A DNA stretch of 64,000 nt from Dicyema japonicum. Taxonomy: Eukaryota > Animalia > Dicyemida. The notes below the pieces were generated by a model. The model was not told the origin of the DNA and searched no databases. It worked only from the letters and a program-made list of their open reading frames with translations. The stretch is from assembly GCA_011109175.1 (NCBI GenBank), contig RDEW01000036.1:535737-599736 (forward strand), in the 5' to 3' direction. Position numbers and translations under genes: made by a program. Below are positions 59,780-64,000 of this stretch, piece by piece (within the stretch, counting starts at the first letter, position 1; the number at the start of each line of letters is the position of its first letter).

Positions 59780-61830
59780 CCCAAGAACACCAATAGTTAA
59801 TTTAATTGTATTAAACTAATTAGGTGATCCCGGCCGCCTCCATCAGGTCTTTCATCTTCTTCCGGTAGACCTTCCGAGATCCAACACAGCTTCTCTGAGG
59901 ACGGGAGGGTTTTGAAAGAGAAGCAAGAGGGGTGATGTAAAGTCTTCTAGTAAGACCCAATCCATTAGAGCATTGTAGGAAGTTGGATTTTCGGCACAGA
60001 GCGGCGAATCCCTTCCCATTTTGTCCGATAAGGTCTTCCAGAGAGGTGGGTGTGAGACTGACTGTTCTCACGAGCTTGCCGATAGTTGTAGCTGATAGGG
60101 ACTGAATATCATTGGTTTTCTGTTTGTTCGTCCAGGATAGGTTGATTCCCTAAGACGCACAGGCGTAGCTGATAGATGGCTCAATGAATTGTTTATGTCG
60201 TAGTTTCAATGCTGGGAAAGGGGTTCTGATGCCAACAAAAATAGATTTGATCAAACCAAGCTTTCTTGAACAGGTTCCGGAGATATATTCGACATGAGGG
60301 GAGAAGGTCATGTGCGTGTCAAAGGCGACTCCTAAGATCTTCAATTTCTTCGTAAATGGTATTTTAGTTTGGTTGATAAATAAATCAACGGTCATTCTTC
60401 CAAGACGTTTGTCTGATGTAAATAGGGATGTGGAGGACTTCTCAGGAGATATATCAAGTCTGTTGGAGATTAACCAATTTTGAATCACGTGTAGTTGTTT
60501 TTGAACTCTTTCTGAGGCTTTTAGGAGATCCTGGTCACGGGATCCAATTAGAATGTCATCAGCGTAGGAGAGGAGAAGGTCGTCTTTATCAACTGATCGT
60601 GGCAAATCGGACATAAAATGGTTGAATAACACGGGGGACAAAGGAGAGCCTTGCGGAACACCATTGGGAAGTAGTCTCGAAAGTGATTTGGTCCTATCCA
60701 TACGAACCTGGGCTCTTCTCCCGCTGAGGAAATTCGAAAGCCAGAGTTATAGATTGAGGTTAATGGAGAGTCCAAATAATTTCCTGGTTAAGATTTTCCT
60801 GGAGACAGAGTAAAAGGCTACAGAGCAGACGATGGTTTTGAGGTGACGAGGACTTGAGTTGAAGCCATCAAGGATAAATTGATTGAGAGAAGTAAGGTGG
60901 GTGGACGTTGAATAGAACTTTCTGATCCATGTTGAGAGGAAATGAAGGGGATGGACGGGGAAATGAGATCAAGTACCAGTTTTTCCAATAATTTTGAAAA
61001 TGAACATAATAGAGAAATTGGTCGGTATGAAGCGGGGTTGTTTTTGTCCTTGCCAGGTTTTGGTATTGGGCGTATGTGGGAAAGTTGGAATTCATGTTCA
61101 AAGAATAGTTGAAAATAAGGGAGATTACCCCAATAGTAACCGGTCCAAGGTGTTTAAGAAGTATTGAAGGGATGCCATTTGGACCATAAGAGCGGGAGGG
61201 ATTAATCATCTTAAAGCCTTCGAATTCGTTTGAATGAGAAATAAAGGTGATCGGCGGGATTCTTTTAGGTCTTATCAAGAACAAAGAGGGTCCATCCATT
61301 TTCTTGAAGGTTTTGTGACTTATACCGGTATAATACTTCATTAGTTTATATAAGCTGTGTTGGTCTGTCTTTTGTTTCAAGGTGAAGTTTTCTTCAGGAC
61401 AAAGTCTTTTTATTGCCTTCCAGACCATCTGAGTGGATTTCTGAAATGGGAGAGAGCAGATTCGATTTTCCCACTTGTTTGCTACAGCCCTTCTAATCCT
61501 TCTTGAAATTTTATCATTGAGAGACTTTGTCTGGGATTTCTGTCCCGGAAGGGGATGTACGTGTCTTTTAAAGCGGTTTCTTTCTCTGATTAGTGATTTG
61601 GTATTCTGATCCAAAAATTCGTTGTAGTATTTGAACCTTCCAAGAGGAATGAATCTACTACGAGCATCAAGAATTATTTTGTTCAAATGGTCGACGGCCT
61701 CATCAATAGAACGGAATATGTTCAAGTCAAAGCAAAGTAGAGCCTGGTTAACATGTTTTGAGTAGCCGTCCTAATTTGCTTTTTTGTAGTTGAAGAAAGA
61801 AATATAGCGGGAATACAGTTGAAGTTGATT
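59780..61830 (-). mobile_element. GIT-family LINE (further subfamily), APE end to 3' end
   Basis: NYKKANW, SYGPNGIP, GVPQGSPLSPVLFN, SYADD, KILGVAFD, ISYACASW; ends MEAAGIT*. Confidence 0.9.
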
Positions 61831-62449
61831 GATAGAAAATTAAATAATTAAAAAAATTAAATCATTTTAACAGTTAGAACAGAAATATTTACATAATTAA
61901 TGACAATTAACCAAATTCTTGGTCAATTTAACCTTTATGTGAGATAAAGTGTACCATCTAAAGATTTCCCCTCTCCACATTCATCCTGGTCTTAGGAACC
62001 ATGAGCTGACATCAAAATCCGCTTTAACATAATATGGAAACCAAAACTTTGACCTCTTCTAACTTGAAGACCTGACATAATCTCGAATTGACCCCCAAAA
62101 TCAAACATTTTACCTTTTCCCTTGTGGTCCCTAACCCCTTTTATATTAAAAAATCATTTTCGCATTATTCAGGGGTCACGTGTGGAAAATTACCCTAAAA
62201 TCGACTGTGGTCTAACAGACACAAATTTAATCATTTATCATATTGATAAATGAATCATCTATTGTGGTAGTATCCTACATAATATTTTAGTGTCATATAA
62301 AGGATTTGTAGATGATGGGGGATGTAGTCCTCTCGTTGGCCACGATGTTTCTTCACTATGATTCTCAGGTCGGACGTCATTTCACTGAAGAGAGAAAACG
62401 TCAGACTGAATTGTCATTCCACAACTATCATGTCCAAGTGGTGTCCTAG

Positions 62450-63060
62450 CCGCATTCCATCTATGCGCAAAAGCACGTCGAGTCATTTTGGAGCTTCTGG
62501 AGTGTTCCTCCAAGTTAATGGTTCTACGGATTGTTGGTAGGATGGTAATTAGGGTCGAATGATTTCTGAGGATATCGTAATTTCAGTATTTCAGGATGAT
62601 TACTGAATGGAAGGATCCTTGTCTCCCAATGTAGGTAACATGGAGTAAATTTCAAACAGCTCGTTATAGTTCTCAAAACTGGGCTAGTAGCTGCTTTTGG
62701 GATAAACTGAAAAACATGCAAGGGGCCCAGTTTTGGAAGGCATAATTAAGACTCCTGTCTCCCATCAGTGCAAAAGTCTTCAATGTGTTGGTTGAAACAG
62801 AGGGATCTAAGGTAATCTAATCATGTGGAAGATTTAGGAGATTTGGACATTAATCGAAGCTATTAGGATGTTTTTTGTATTTCGATGCGATGATGAGTTT
62901 GTCAGCGTAAAATAGGAGGGGAATGTCTGAGTTGTGTGCCTGTCACTGAATTGAAGATTGAAAAATGTATGGTAGAGCACTGATCCGTGAGGGAACTCAG
63001 TGTGGAGGTACCAAAAACGAGACATATGGGAGTATAACCAGTATGGCGGAAATAATTCTT
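62450..63060 (-). mobile_element. Degenerate LINE RT fragment
   Basis: PHGSVLYHTFFNL and FADKLII remnants. Confidence 0.45.
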
Positions 63061-63399
63061 TTCATACAGCATTTTAAAATGCTTTAACCAAAAAGATATC
63101 CCGTCTTTCTTTTTTTTCTTCAGAAAAACTTGAGTAGTCTCTATACTTTTTTGGCAATCTGTTTGATGTATTTTTCCATTTTCCGCCTTTGACGATCCAG
63201 AAATTCCAAACAGACAAATGATGGAAGATTGAAAGAATTATATGAACTTCAACTTTCATGATCTATTCCCATACACTGTATTTTCTACCAAAAATCACCC
63301 TATTGGAGACACATTTTTTTCAGACTATTCTTGGTTATCGAAATGGTCCTCCTCGCTTGATATTGCTTCATACATTAGACAATCATCAAATTAGTTGAA

Positions 63400-63480
63400 C
63401 GGTGCCTCCCACGACGGCAACGGAGATCAACTGGAGATGCCACAAGGTCTCATGCCTGTTGAGCGTAACCAGACAAATTA
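63400..63480 (-). mobile_element. CRE-like 3' terminal fragment
   Basis: Homologous to 24380-24420 (CTCCAGTTGATCTCCGTTGC). Confidence 0.55.
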
Positions 63481-63589
63481 AACTTAAAACTACAAGAAAT
63501 TCTCATTTGTGGTCGATAAATAAATATTTAGAAGAAAACTATCATCAGGAAAAATGTATTGAGGTGTATAGTATGCAGCCCTCGTGACT

Positions 63590-64000
63590 GGGAGTGAAAC
63601 ACACCTTAAAAAGGAGAATAATTTATAATAAAGAAAACCTGATATGTTCGGATCTGGGAGATGTGATGCAGAGGTGGGATGCCTACAAGAGACAAAAGTA
63701 CAGGCTGGAATGGACGAGCTACATGGAGACTATAGACTCATTTTACTACTATCGTCATCAAGACACTATGGACAGGGGTTTGCCGTGCACAGGAAAATTG
63801 TTCGTGGGATACGTCGGTGTTGGAGTGTTAACGACAGAATCAGCATACTGCAAATACGGTTCGGGGTCAAACCCACGTCGAGGGCCCTTATCTCAATTAT
63901 AAATGTTTATGCACCCCACAGTGGACGGATCGCCAAAGATTCGGACGAACTTACGCTTTCTACGTGCAGCTGTCGAGGAAATATGAACTGGAATCGTCTT
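63590..64000 (+). mobile_element. RTE-clade APE endonuclease region; continues beyond the window
   Basis: SIINVYAPHSGR..DELT, with upstream ETH and G.GFAV-like remnants. Confidence 0.75.

Overview
AT-rich eukaryotic (animal) genomic DNA in the standard genetic code. Well over half of it is decayed, nested transposable elements: Jockey/I-group, RTE, R4/Dong-like and CRE-like non-LTR retrotransposons, a tRNA-derived SINE, Buster-type and CGGBP-like hAT elements, pogo and IS630/Tc1 elements, and a Ginger-like integrase. Compact host genes sit between them and can only be read after removing tiny GT-AG introns of 21-30 nt: a three-domain gelsolin/severin-like gene, RSPH9, a divergent Pax1/9-type gene, an endophilin-A-like gene with a 5x23-aa repeat in its linker, and a few orphan spliced ORFs. 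Tiny introns, a motile-cilium gene and invertebrate-type genes together fit a dicyemid mesozoan best; this is inference and other tiny-intron lineages are not excluded. The strongest candidate for an undescribed system is a three-copy family of small secreted Thr-rich mucin-like genes. A conserved 23-nt intron controls whether they gain a GPI-signal-like tail, their repeat arrays vary between copies, and a variable poly-A tract follows the signal peptide. Other notable points are a SINE whose 5' junction carries a 19-nt copy of a nearby RSPH9 exon, and an integrase with host-sized introns. Conserved genes carry several single-base homopolymer frameshifts, so many apparent frameshifts are probably assembly errors. 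Family assignments come from remembered motifs, not database searches, and TE boundaries without a TSD or TIR are approximate.
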